This document shows positions 52,031 to 60,986 of a stretch of 64,000 nt of DNA, one piece after another. Made by a program: the position numbers and the translations under genes. Each line of letters opens with the position of its first letter. The first letter of the stretch is position 1. Under the pieces are notes generated by a model, which saw only the letters and a program-made list of their open reading frames with translations, ran no database searches and was not told where the DNA came from. Location: positions 128,001-192,000 of the forward strand of contig JBBQFN010000007.1 of NCBI GenBank assembly GCA_038321985.1, read 5' to 3'. This stretch comes from Cyanophyceae cyanobacterium. Its GTDB lineage: Bacteria > Cyanobacteriota > Cyanobacteriia > Cyanobacteriales > Laspinemataceae.

Positions 52031-52066
52031 ATCCCCCGCACCCCCCCTGAACAAGGGGGGCTTTTT
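52031..52066. repeat. Cyanobacterial CCCCCC-N-GGGGGG hairpin repeat acting as terminator between convergent genes
   Basis: atcccccgca-ccccccctgaacaagggggg-cttttt. Confidence 0.6.
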
Positions 52067-52084
52067 GCAATTGGGCAAAGTTTT

Positions 52085-53389
52085 TTATTGGGGTGGTGCG
52101 GCGATCATGGCTTGAACCTCTTGAAGGTCAATTTGGAAACGATTAGCGATCGCCTCCATCACCTGCCGTTCTTGATCCGTGACTACTCCATCAATTTGAG
52201 CAATTCGGCAACATTGGGCTAACAGGGGATAGGCAAAATCGGGATCAAGCTGGTTCAGTAGTTCTTCTAAGGGGACGGGATGCTCAATCTCAGTCTCGAT
52301 CACCTTCAGGGACTCGGAAGTAAAGTTTAATTGCGTTAATTTGGGTAAAATATCCGCCCAAGAGGTATCCGGACGGGACGCCAAAATCTGATGAATCAAA
52401 ATCCGGTCCATCACATCTTTTTGGGCGATCGCGCGTTCCAAATACTCCTGATTCTCTTCTTCTAAGGCTTGCGTCGCCGCCTCCTGGGTAAGGGGATTTG
52501 TCTTGGCTTCGTAGAAGCGGCAAGCGGCATATCCCAGGCCATACAACATCACCGCATTAGAACTTGCCCCGATCGCCATCCCTGCCAGAGGCAAGTTCCG
52601 CAACACCCCTAATCCGCCTTTCAGTGCAGCAGACCCTCCTAGGGATAACCCAAAAATCGCTAAAACTTCACCGCGTCGCGCCGGGTCGGTTAAATCCATC
52701 TGGTAGGCACCGGCAATCTGATAAACCATCTCCGCCTGCAATACTGTAGTTGCCATCACATCGACACCCAACAGCGCTAGGGCCAGTCCAGGCACGATAC
52801 TACTGACAAATCCAATTCCCCCCGCATAAAGCGATTTTTCCACCATAATCCGATGGGCGATTTCGTTCGGAGTTTCATGGGGATACTCTTGCTGCAACTT
52901 GCGAACCTGGGATTCGGCCTTTTCTATATCCACTTGTCCGACTAAGTTCAGTAGCCATTGGGCTTTAAAAACTTGGGCTACCTTTTTAACCACTGGATTT
53001 TCTCCAATAAAGGAGAGCGCTTTTCCCGTTTCCAGTGCAGTGCGATCAAACAACTTGAGAGATTCTTTTGCTGCTATTTCTGCGGTCTGTGTGGCGCTTT
53101 GGGTTACGGATTTCCCGGCCTCAGATGCGAGATGGGTGGCTTGTCCGGCAGCTTCTAGGGCTGTCCCTGTTAGGGAACCGATATCAAAGGAGACAGCCCC
53201 GGTATTTCCCCTTGCGATCGCCCCGACTAATTCAATAGTCTCGGCCACTTTATCCACCGCGACCTTACTCACTTCTAACGCGGCTTTGTTGATATTTTCT
53301 TGTACATCCCCGACTGTTGCCCCAACTTGTTGGCAAGCTGAATTTTTGGTTTTGGAACCGGGCTGATTATTTCTTTGTTGTGTTTTCAT
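52085..53389 (-). CDS. EcsC/DUF697-like membrane protein with LEA-like Ala/Thr-rich N-terminus and TerB-like C-terminus
   Basis: V.KLQQEYP.ETP.EIAHRIMVEK, LQAEMVYQIA.AY, GASSNA.MLY.LGYAAC.FYE; C-terminal RIAQIDGVVTDQE. Confidence 0.7.
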   Translation of the reverse strand: MKTQQRNNQPGSKTKNSACQQVGATVGDVQENINKAALEVSKVAVDKVAETIELVGAIARGNTGAVSFDIGSLTGTALEAAGQATHLASEAGKSVTQSATQTAEIAAKESLKLFDRTALETGKALSFIGENPVVKKVAQVFKAQWLLNLVGQVDIEKAESQVRKLQQEYPHETPNEIAHRIMVEKSLYAGGIGFVSSIVPGLALALLGVDVMATTVLQAEMVYQIAGAYQMDLTDPARRGEVLAIFGLSLGGSAALKGGLGVLRNLPLAGMAIGASSNAVMLYGLGYAACRFYEAKTNPLTQEAATQALEEENQEYLERAIAQKDVMDRILIHQILASRPDTSWADILPKLTQLNFTSESLKVIETEIEHPVPLEELLNQLDPDFAYPLLAQCCRIAQIDGVVTDQERQVMEAIANRFQIDLQEVQAMIAAPPQ

Positions 53390-53724
53390 TTTTTATTTTC
53401 CCTCTTTTTTTACGGTTATTAGCCGGCCTAAAATGATTTTACCAAGTTATTTAGACCTGCTATATTTTTGTTTTTTGTGTTCTTAGCCTATTTCCCTCTT
53501 AGTCACCCTAAAAATGTAGAAAAAAATTTACAATCTTACTGTTTCTACTCATTCTGGAAAAGTAGGATTAAAACGTTTTAGGAATTAAGCAAAAAAATCC
53601 GGTTGCTGAGTTAGGTTGCGTAAGTCGTGAACTTTTTTAAACCCATCCGGCCTCTGTTTTCCCGGAAGTACCTAAAAAGAAAGTGAGCGATCGCCCGGAT
53701 CACTCACGTTTCTGTTTAGGAAAT

Positions 53725-54819
53725 TTAGGCTCTTCCCACCGGGGTTGTCGGTTTCGCGGGTTGCGGTTCTGACACCCCTAGCCGTTCTTGATACAGACGC
53801 GCCAAGCGCCGCTCTGCCTTAGCTAAGTCCCGTTCAATGCTACTAAAAATCATGGCCGAAACAGGGTCTGTAAACTGGATTTCCAACTGAAAACAGTCTA
53901 CAACCCCAGTCTGAATATCTCCCAAGGCTCGACGTAAAATTTCCAAGTCATTACCTGGGGGTAATGCATTTATTAAATTGGCGTAAGCACCCGCTGCCAT
54001 TGCCGGTAAAAAGAGTTGTTCCCCCAGGGTTCGCAGTCGGCTTTCCAATAGTTCGATATGACTGGCTTTTTCTTCCCAAATCTCCAAGAGCACTAATCGA
54101 GTGGCGCTATCGGTTGTTTTATCAGCATAATGCTTAAAGGCTTCTTGGGTATAGCGTTCTCCCGCCATGGCCTGATTCAAGCCGTTGATAATTTCCTGAC
54201 GGGTCGATCCACCCCAGGCTTCGGCAAGCTGCCACCATTCTGCTGAGCTATCATTGCGCTCGGGCAGGGATTGGTCGGGGATGCTCAAATTCAGTCGAGA
54301 AAGAATTGCGGTGGTAAAAATGGCTAAATCCCCCGGTTGCCGAGAGCAAATCAGGTTACCATCGCTCGTTACTGACTCATCGATATAGGTAGCTCCGGCA
54401 TTTTCCATATCCTTGCGGATTGAGGTAAATCCGGTGGCACGACGTCCCCGCAATAGGTCCGCTTCGATTAACACCTGGGGTCCGTGGCAAACGGCAGCTA
54501 TTAATTTATCCAAGGCGGCAGCTTCTCGAACAAAGGAGATGGTGTTGGGGTTGGTTCGCATTTTGTCCGGTGCGGCACCCCCGGGAATAATCACGGCATC
54601 GAAGTTTTGAGCGCGGGCTTCGGTGGTGGTCCCGTCAGGTTTGATAGAAACTTTCCCTTGCTTGCCGTGATAGGTTTGCTTCATCCGGGACCCGAGAACT
54701 GAAACTTTTGCCCCGGCTTGTTGCAATGCTGTATAAGGAACTGTAAATTCGGAATCTTCAACTCCCTCTTCAATCAGGATGGCGACCCGGGGAATAAGTT
54801 GTGAGTTGTTGGTAGACAT
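53725..54819 (-). CDS. DJ-1/PfpI (YhbO-type) deglycase/protease fused to a ferritin-like domain
   Basis: GVEDSEF..P, IIPGG.APDKMR, catalytic AVCHGP; C-terminal four-helix AGERY...EEKASHIELLE.RL..LG. Confidence 0.88.
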   Translation of the reverse strand: MSTNNSQLIPRVAILIEEGVEDSEFTVPYTALQQAGAKVSVLGSRMKQTYHGKQGKVSIKPDGTTTEARAQNFDAVIIPGGAAPDKMRTNPNTISFVREAAALDKLIAAVCHGPQVLIEADLLRGRRATGFTSIRKDMENAGATYIDESVTSDGNLICSRQPGDLAIFTTAILSRLNLSIPDQSLPERNDSSAEWWQLAEAWGGSTRQEIINGLNQAMAGERYTQEAFKHYADKTTDSATRLVLLEIWEEKASHIELLESRLRTLGEQLFLPAMAAGAYANLINALPPGNDLEILRRALGDIQTGVVDCFQLEIQFTDPVSAMIFSSIERDLAKAERRLARLYQERLGVSEPQPAKPTTPVGRA

Positions 54820-55092
54820 AAAGTTAGTGACCTCTTGGTTCCAGTGGTTTGCACTGTGGATCGACCTGGCGATCGCACTTATTTTTTATTTTTTTCTTTA
54901 TTCTTCAGGACTTACGCATCAGGTATGTATAGCGCCTCTACATCATTTGGACCACAGAATTGAGTTTCACGTTGAAGCTAGGGATTCTCCAATTCATCTG
55001 GGTTCGCTGTATTAGTAGGTTTTAGCCCGGGGGACTGGACTGCGGCCATTGACAATTTCGGTGAGGGCGATGGAGCAAAGGCCGAAACCCTA

Positions 55093-55122
55093 CAGGAGAA
55101 AAGACTCTGTTTTTTTCTCCTG
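55093..55122. terminator. Hairpin downstream of the 170-aa gene
   Basis: caggagaaaa (55093-55102) / ttttctcctg (55113-55122). Confidence 0.55.
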
Positions 55123-55157
55123 CTTCCTTCTAACTAAGTCCTGCCGATGGGGGAGGT

Positions 55158-55670
55158 TTAGTACAGATACATACTGCCGTTGAGATCAATTCTCATGTTG
55201 GTGATGTCCGAATCTAAGTTATTGGTTTCATCCAGATAAATTCGGATTTGTCCGGGAGCAATAATTTCAGGTTCTGCTTTAATCAGTCCTCCATCGGGTC
55301 GCACAAAGGTTATGGTTAAGGGAATTTGCAGATCCATCAGCATTGCTCCATCACCACCGCTAAGGGTGCGATCGCGAGTTTCCCCGATCGCCTCGTAGGT
55401 GATTGAAGTATTCATGCGATTGATGATTTCTACGGCAACCGGCGCATTTTGGGGCAGAACGTAGGCTACGGGCATTTGCACGTTCTGGGGTAAGGGCATC
55501 GGTTGCGGCTGTAATTCGTCCAGGTTGGCGGGATTAGCATCTCCCTCTACCGTGGGAGTGTTCTGAGCAATGCCTGCAATGGGGAAGGCGATTGCTCCTA
55601 GGACAAGGCTACTAAAAATTGCGCCTAATAATCCAGGATTTTTGCCCTTGAATAAGTGAGTAAACTTCAT
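55158..55670 (-). CDS. Hypothetical exported protein
   Basis: SD ggagg; signal-peptide-like N-terminus ending AGIA-Q; beta-rich C-terminus (ITYEAIG.T..RTL, PLTITF.RPDGG). Confidence 0.75.
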   Translation of the reverse strand: MKFTHLFKGKNPGLLGAIFSSLVLGAIAFPIAGIAQNTPTVEGDANPANLDELQPQPMPLPQNVQMPVAYVLPQNAPVAVEIINRMNTSITYEAIGETRDRTLSGGDGAMLMDLQIPLTITFVRPDGGLIKAEPEIIAPGQIRIYLDETNNLDSDITNMRIDLNGSMYLY

Positions 55671-55874
55671 AATAAAGCCTCCAAAAGGGGTTAATTAAAA
55701 ATAAACGCTTCAAAAAACGAGTGCGATCGCCTAGTGATTGCGTTTCGAGATCGATAAATTACCCTAGGGTAGACCTTCCGGGAGGGGTTGGACTTTCCCT
55801 AGAGCAATCGCACTCCGTGCCAAGAGTGGGACAGTGTTACTCGCCCCACTCAATCTCTTAGGTCAAAGTTGGAA

Positions 55875-56387
55875 CTAGCCGGCTAACATACTCCGCAGCA
55901 TCCAGGCATTTTTCTCGTGAATTTGCATCCGTTTGGTCAGCAAATCTAGGGTGGGTTGGTCGTTAGCTTCTTCTAAGAGTTCCAACATTTCTCGGGAGGT
56001 ACGGACCACGGTTTCTTGTCCTTGTACCAACAGGCGAATCATGTCTTCAGCTTCGGGAATGCCTTCATTTTCTTCAATAGAAGTCAAGCTGGTAAACTTG
56101 GCATAAGTGGCGGGGGCGGGAAACCCTAAAGCCCGGATTCGTTCAGCAATTTCATCCACGGCTAGGGCCAATTCTTGATACTGCGCCTCAAACATCAAAT
56201 GCAGGGTGCTAAATAGGGGCCCCGTGACGTTCCAGTGAAAATTATGAGTTTTCAAGTACAGGGTATAGCTATCAGCCAACACTCGGGATAAGCCTTGGGC
56301 AATCTGTTCTCGGGTGCCTTCTTCAATTCCGATATTGACGCTGATAGGATTTTGACGTTGGGCAGACATTCCCACAGTAGCTGTCAT
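55875..56387 (-). CDS. dps: Dps mini-ferritin
   Basis: [46 protein letters not shown]. Confidence 0.96.
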   Translation of the reverse strand: MTATVGMSAQRQNPISVNIGIEEGTREQIAQGLSRVLADSYTLYLKTHNFHWNVTGPLFSTLHLMFEAQYQELALAVDEIAERIRALGFPAPATYAKFTSLTSIEENEGIPEAEDMIRLLVQGQETVVRTSREMLELLEEANDQPTLDLLTKRMQIHEKNAWMLRSMLAG

Positions 56388-56570
56388 TCGTGATACCTCT
56401 AATTGTTGTAGTGAGTTTCTTTCTGTTGTGAAAAGTCCTAGCTAGATTTAGGTAAAACTAAAGAATTTGTTAACTTTCGTTTTCCTAAACCCCATCTAAG
56501 TTTCTAAAATCTGAAGAGTCTTTGTTTATAAAGAGCGCGTTAAACTCAGTCTCAATTCACGGGGAGTAAC

Positions 56571-56975
56571 TTAGATGATACCTGGACCTTTTCCACGGCG
56601 ATCGCCTTCCATGGTCAACTTTCCTTCCTCGTCATTATCATGGGACTCGTTGTATTCACGAGTGCGTTCTGCTTTAAGGGCTTCTTCTTTTTCGCGCAAG
56701 TCGCCTGGCTCATTCACATACATTTCGGGTTCGATCGCATAATTATTGACTAGACCTTCTTGGTCTACGGTGAAGCCATCGCGGGTGTGGTCTACATCTT
56801 CATGGGGTTCATCGGCGTTAGAGGGAGCTTTCATGAACTTGTCACCCTCGCGCTCTTGACGGGCGGCCACTTCAGCCGGAATAATTTGGCGATCGTAGTG
56901 AACCGGCTCTGTTACAACTTCAGTGGACTTTTTCTTGTTAACATTTTCATTGTTATTCATCGTTTGGTTATCCAT
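56571..56975 (-). CDS. Conserved highly charged soluble stress protein containing an HliA/Psb34-like NNYAIEP motif
   Basis: SD GAGGA 7 nt before the ATG at 56975 (alternative start 56996); hydrophilic, no TM; RDGFTVDQEGLVNNYAIEPEMYV. Confidence 0.8.
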   Translation of the reverse strand: MDNQTMNNNENVNKKKSTEVVTEPVHYDRQIIPAEVAARQEREGDKFMKAPSNADEPHEDVDHTRDGFTVDQEGLVNNYAIEPEMYVNEPGDLREKEEALKAERTREYNESHDNDEEGKLTMEGDRRGKGPGII

Positions 56976-57208
56976 GAGTATTTCCTCAATCTTCATTTAG
57001 TCTCTTTACAGCTTATCCGGTGAACCCCGCCCAATTAAACTATCTATGGAGGTAAGTTTGCCACTACTCCCATTGATAGAGACATTGAGCAAGAAATTGA
57101 GAAAATCCTCTCCCTGTCTAGGTTTAGAGTCCTTCAGTTCCTAACAGCAAGCTCAGAAACCGCTGAATGGAGGGATTAATTTTATTCAAGGGTCCAATCA
57201 TAATTTTT

Positions 57209-58114
57209 TTAACGGCGATCGACAGGTTCTTCATTCTCAATAGCCATGGCATTTTCTGTGGGAACGATGCGGGATCCATATCGATTGGCATATACCTGAG
57301 TAAACTCTGCCCCAAAAAATAGAATTTGGGCAGAAAAGTTAACCCACAACAATAAAATGACGAAAGAACCCGCTGCACCGTAGGTGGAGCCAATTGAACT
57401 ACTCCCGAGGTACAACCCAATTAGAGTTTTGCCGATGACAAAGAGTAACGCTGTCACGACTGCCCCCAGCCAGACATCACTCCAGGCAATTTTGACATCG
57501 GGTAAGACTTTATAAATCATGGCAAACAAGACAGTAATCACCCCAAATGAGATAAAGAAATCGAGTAATTTCCAGATCCCAACCAAGCTCTCTGGCAGCA
57601 GATGGCTAAAAAAGTTTCCGAATGCAGCTAAAGCCGCACTGAGTACCAGGGAAATTAGCAATAAAAACCCGATGGTTAGAATCATTGCAAAGGATAAAAA
57701 ACGGTCTTCAATTAGCCCTTTTATTCCGCGTCCGGGTTTGGGCTTGACGTTCCAAATCGTATTTAGGGAACTCTGGAGTTGATTAAACAGACCTGTCGCT
57801 CCAAACAAGAGTAAACCTACACTGATTAAGGTTGCCCAAATTCCCGACCCACTTTCTCGGGTATTATCAATCATGGTTTCGATGATTTGTGCAGCTTCGG
57901 TGCCGACGGTGCCTTGCAGTTGCCGGACAATTTCACCTTGGGCGGCTTCTTGACCAAAGATGACTCCGGCAACGGCGATCGCAATAATCAAAATTGGCGC
58001 TAAAGAAAAAGCGGCATAATAGGCTAAGGCGGCGGATAAGCGCCCTGCGTTATCGGCTTGCCACTCGGCAAATGTTAGTTTTAGCAGCCTAAAAAGTTGT
58101 TTAATCTTTACCAT
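57209..58114 (-). CDS. YihY/virulence factor BrkB-family membrane protein
   Basis: AALAYYAAFSLAP, F.QLQSSLNTIW, YKVLPD, YGAAGS.VILLLWV..SAQI.FFGAE. Confidence 0.93.
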   Translation of the reverse strand: MVKIKQLFRLLKLTFAEWQADNAGRLSAALAYYAAFSLAPILIIAIAVAGVIFGQEAAQGEIVRQLQGTVGTEAAQIIETMIDNTRESGSGIWATLISVGLLLFGATGLFNQLQSSLNTIWNVKPKPGRGIKGLIEDRFLSFAMILTIGFLLLISLVLSAALAAFGNFFSHLLPESLVGIWKLLDFFISFGVITVLFAMIYKVLPDVKIAWSDVWLGAVVTALLFVIGKTLIGLYLGSSSIGSTYGAAGSFVILLLWVNFSAQILFFGAEFTQVYANRYGSRIVPTENAMAIENEEPVDRR

Positions 58115-58785
58115 TTTTTCTCCTTTTTTTGTTAAAAACTTTTAATGGGTTGTTTGGGTTGAGGGGGTTTATCTTAGAAAAAGGAACTCCCTAAAAAAGG
58201 CAGTTGCCTCTTTGATTGTTCGCCCTAAGCTGGCTATTTGGAGTTGGACTCTTTAGAATTTCCCAACTGATGTTTTAAGATAAGCCCCCCGTTAGATCAA
58301 TTTTGGATCTATGAGGGAGGAACTCTCAGTCATTCACAGAAGAGAATCAGCCCAGTGGGAGCTAGAGAACTCGATTTTTGGCTGGTTTTCTTATTAAAAT
58401 AGGGTCTAGATAGCTCAATCGCTAACTAAACCCTTTTAATCAATCGAGATGTTTTACCGATGTTAGGTAGTCTTACACCGGGCCACAGCTTCTGGGTGAG
58501 TGTTCTGCTATCTCTCTTCCGGGAGGGAGAATCACTCAGGAATTTAGGGGTTGACAAACGTCAACTCTTCTAAATCGTGAATGAAAGCCGAACTGCCTGT
58601 TGGCCGTAGCATTGCAAGCAACAATTGAAGACCCCGGATGAATGCACTCCCGACGGAATTTCACTGCCTTCGCGATCGCCATGCCAACTTTTAGGCAGTT
58701 TAACCGCGATCTGACTAGGGTTAAAACCGGAAAGTTCGTGAGTAAGGAATATCTTTAGCTTACAAGACCCCCGATGAGTTATACC

Positions 58786-58801
58786 TCTATCCCAAGGTAG
58801 A
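58786..58801. promoter_or_regulatory. Palindromic operator candidate TCTATC-CCAA-GGTAGA (best copy of a motif recurring in 54.9-60.1 kb)
   Basis: Near-perfect palindrome with a minus-strand TAAGCT exactly 23 nt downstream; the same geometry occurs at 57010-57054. Confidence 0.5.
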
Positions 58802-58900
58802 TCGATTAGGACAGTGTCCGCCCTAAAATAACCCCTGCGATCGCGGAAAAATAAGCGGTCCTTGTACCTCTATTGCCTCCCGTATGAAACTTTTCTCAAA

Positions 58901-59626
58901 TTATCCAACCAATCCAGAGCGTAAGGCTAGAACTGCGGCTTGGGTGCGGTCATTTGCACAGAGCTTGTTTAAAATATTGCGGACGTGAGTTTTCACCGTC
59001 CCCACCGTGATGTACAGCTTTTCTGAAATTTCGGCGTTGTTGTATCCTTGGACGATCAGTTCTAGAACTTCTAGTTCCCGTTCCGTCAGGGGATAAGCTT
59101 CGATAATTTGGCTATATTCCGGTTCAGGAGCCTTAATCGTCACCGTTTCTTTTTTCTGACTACCTAGGGTAGGTTGGGTATTCGTGGAGCGCGCCTGCTT
59201 GAGTACGATTCCGGCGATCGCTGGGTCGATCCAGGAGTTGCCTTCGTAGGTGAGGCGAACCACTCTCAGCAATTCCTCAAAGCTAATATCCTTCATGCAG
59301 TAAGAGTCCGCACCGGCAGCAAAAGCAGCCAGGACCGCATCTTCGTTATCTTGAAAGGTCAGAATCAAGATTTTGGTTTTAGGGTCCTGTCCTTGGGCGG
59401 CTTGGGCTTGTTGGAGTCGCTGGGTCACTTCAATACCATCGATATCCGGTAACCCAATATCAACAATCCCAATATCGGGTTTCGTATCCATCAGTAATTT
59501 CAATCCCGAAGTCCCATTGGCGGCATCTCCGACAACGACGATTCCATCAGATTGCTGCAAAGCCGTCCGGATTCCTATCCGAGTCAGATCATGGTCTTCA
59601 ACTAAAGCAACGCGAATTTCACTCAT
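58901..59626 (-). CDS. NarL/LuxR-family response regulator
   Basis: VALVEDHDLTR, phospho-Asp IVDIGLP.IDG, HTH LTERELEVL.LI..G..N.EI..KLYITVGTVKTHVRNILNKL; ATG at 59626. Confidence 0.95.
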   Translation of the reverse strand: MSEIRVALVEDHDLTRIGIRTALQQSDGIVVVGDAANGTSGLKLLMDTKPDIGIVDIGLPDIDGIEVTQRLQQAQAAQGQDPKTKILILTFQDNEDAVLAAFAAGADSYCMKDISFEELLRVVRLTYEGNSWIDPAIAGIVLKQARSTNTQPTLGSQKKETVTIKAPEPEYSQIIEAYPLTERELEVLELIVQGYNNAEISEKLYITVGTVKTHVRNILNKLCANDRTQAAVLALRSGLVG

Positions 59627-60986
59627 TTTTGATATGACTTTCCACAACGGAAGACAAAAGTTTAACAATGTTGGGCAACCTTTTCCATGAGCCGGAGCGG
59701 CCAAAATGAATCTGATGCCCGTACCACAGAGGTAGCTCAAACAAGTTTATCAAAGTGCTTCACCCTCTGGGGGGATTTCCCTCGGGTGTAGTTTTTTTCC
59801 TACCTAGTTCTTGCCGAAATTCGCTTCTCAATCACCCCGGAGAATCGAGGGAATCCGACGCAAAGGCCCGTACTGGGTTCAGAAGCGGTTGCCGCTCCTC
59901 TCTAGGATACTCCCTAAGTTTATGGGGAATGGAGAAAGTGATGCCGGGGCAATCATCCTTGATGTTCCTTCGGGCGGTTCAGTCGGTATCTCTCTTCCAT
60001 CCCGACCGGATGAATTCGTTTCCTAGAGCGAATTCCACCTATTGATAGAGGCGCTCAGTATCTGACCCAGATACAGTTATATTATCTACCAGTTAGTCCG
60101 GTTTAATGTTAAGTATCTCCCTTGAGTTATTTAAATAGTAAGGAACCCGGGATTCAAAAACTTTAAGCAATGAGGTCTCTAAACTTTATTATTTTATCAA
60201 TTTTGTTAAGGTCACTGGCTAATTGGACGGTTCAGGTCTCCCTAAAAACTGCTCAATTCCTATCCCCGGAGTGGCAATTCAGACCACTACAGGGAATGGG
60301 AGATGGGTTGCTATTTTTGAGCCCGTGGAGAATGGTGAGTGTGATGTCACCCTCAAAGAGTGGGGGGGAGAATTTACCCCAGCGATCGCCCCCAAATCCC
60401 GGGCCTCAGATGGGAATCCGGTCGTTCTGTCGGAGCGAGTTGTGTGGGTGGGAATAGAATCTCTACCGAGTGCGGACTTCTCATCCACCCTATTCTCTAG
60501 GGAATAGAGGGGAGAAAAACGGCTCCCTCCTCATCCTGTCTACGACCTAACTCTGCTCCGTTCTTCGTCTTTAAGCCGTAACGTTGGGGTAACTCTCAAA
60601 ATTGTATAGATAGTCTAAATGATTCGGGCTTTTCCCTAGGCGGCTTTCCCCGAGCGGGCCGAAGGGGGGTTACCGCGACAGAAATTGTCTACCTGATTTA
60701 GACCTGCTATAAATTTTCTACAAAATTTTACATAAGTTGACCCATTGGGCCACTTTCTAAAGGAATTAATAATCTTTGGAGCAGGTGAGTTCAATCTATT
60801 GAAATGATACTTCGGTCAGCTTTGTCTAGGCTTATTGGTCAGTATAAAAAATTTTTTTTGATTGAAAGGTGCCAAACTGCCTTAGCCGAATCCCCACCCA
60901 CACTAGCAGCCCCAGACTGAGTAGATTAACCCGACCCAAAAATTAGTCAAATCGACCCACACCGTGCAACTTTTATAAAAATCGGG

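Noticed and set aside
60170..60507. Short ORFs between the regulator and the PAS sensor
   Set aside because: Overlapping ORFs in several frames, no SD and no recognisable motif; cannot be supported without expression data.
53449..60711. Exact 16-nt repeat ATTTAGACCTGCTATA at 53449-53464 and 60696-60711
   Set aside because: About one such match is expected by chance in 64 kb, and the copies have opposite orientation relative to their downstream genes.
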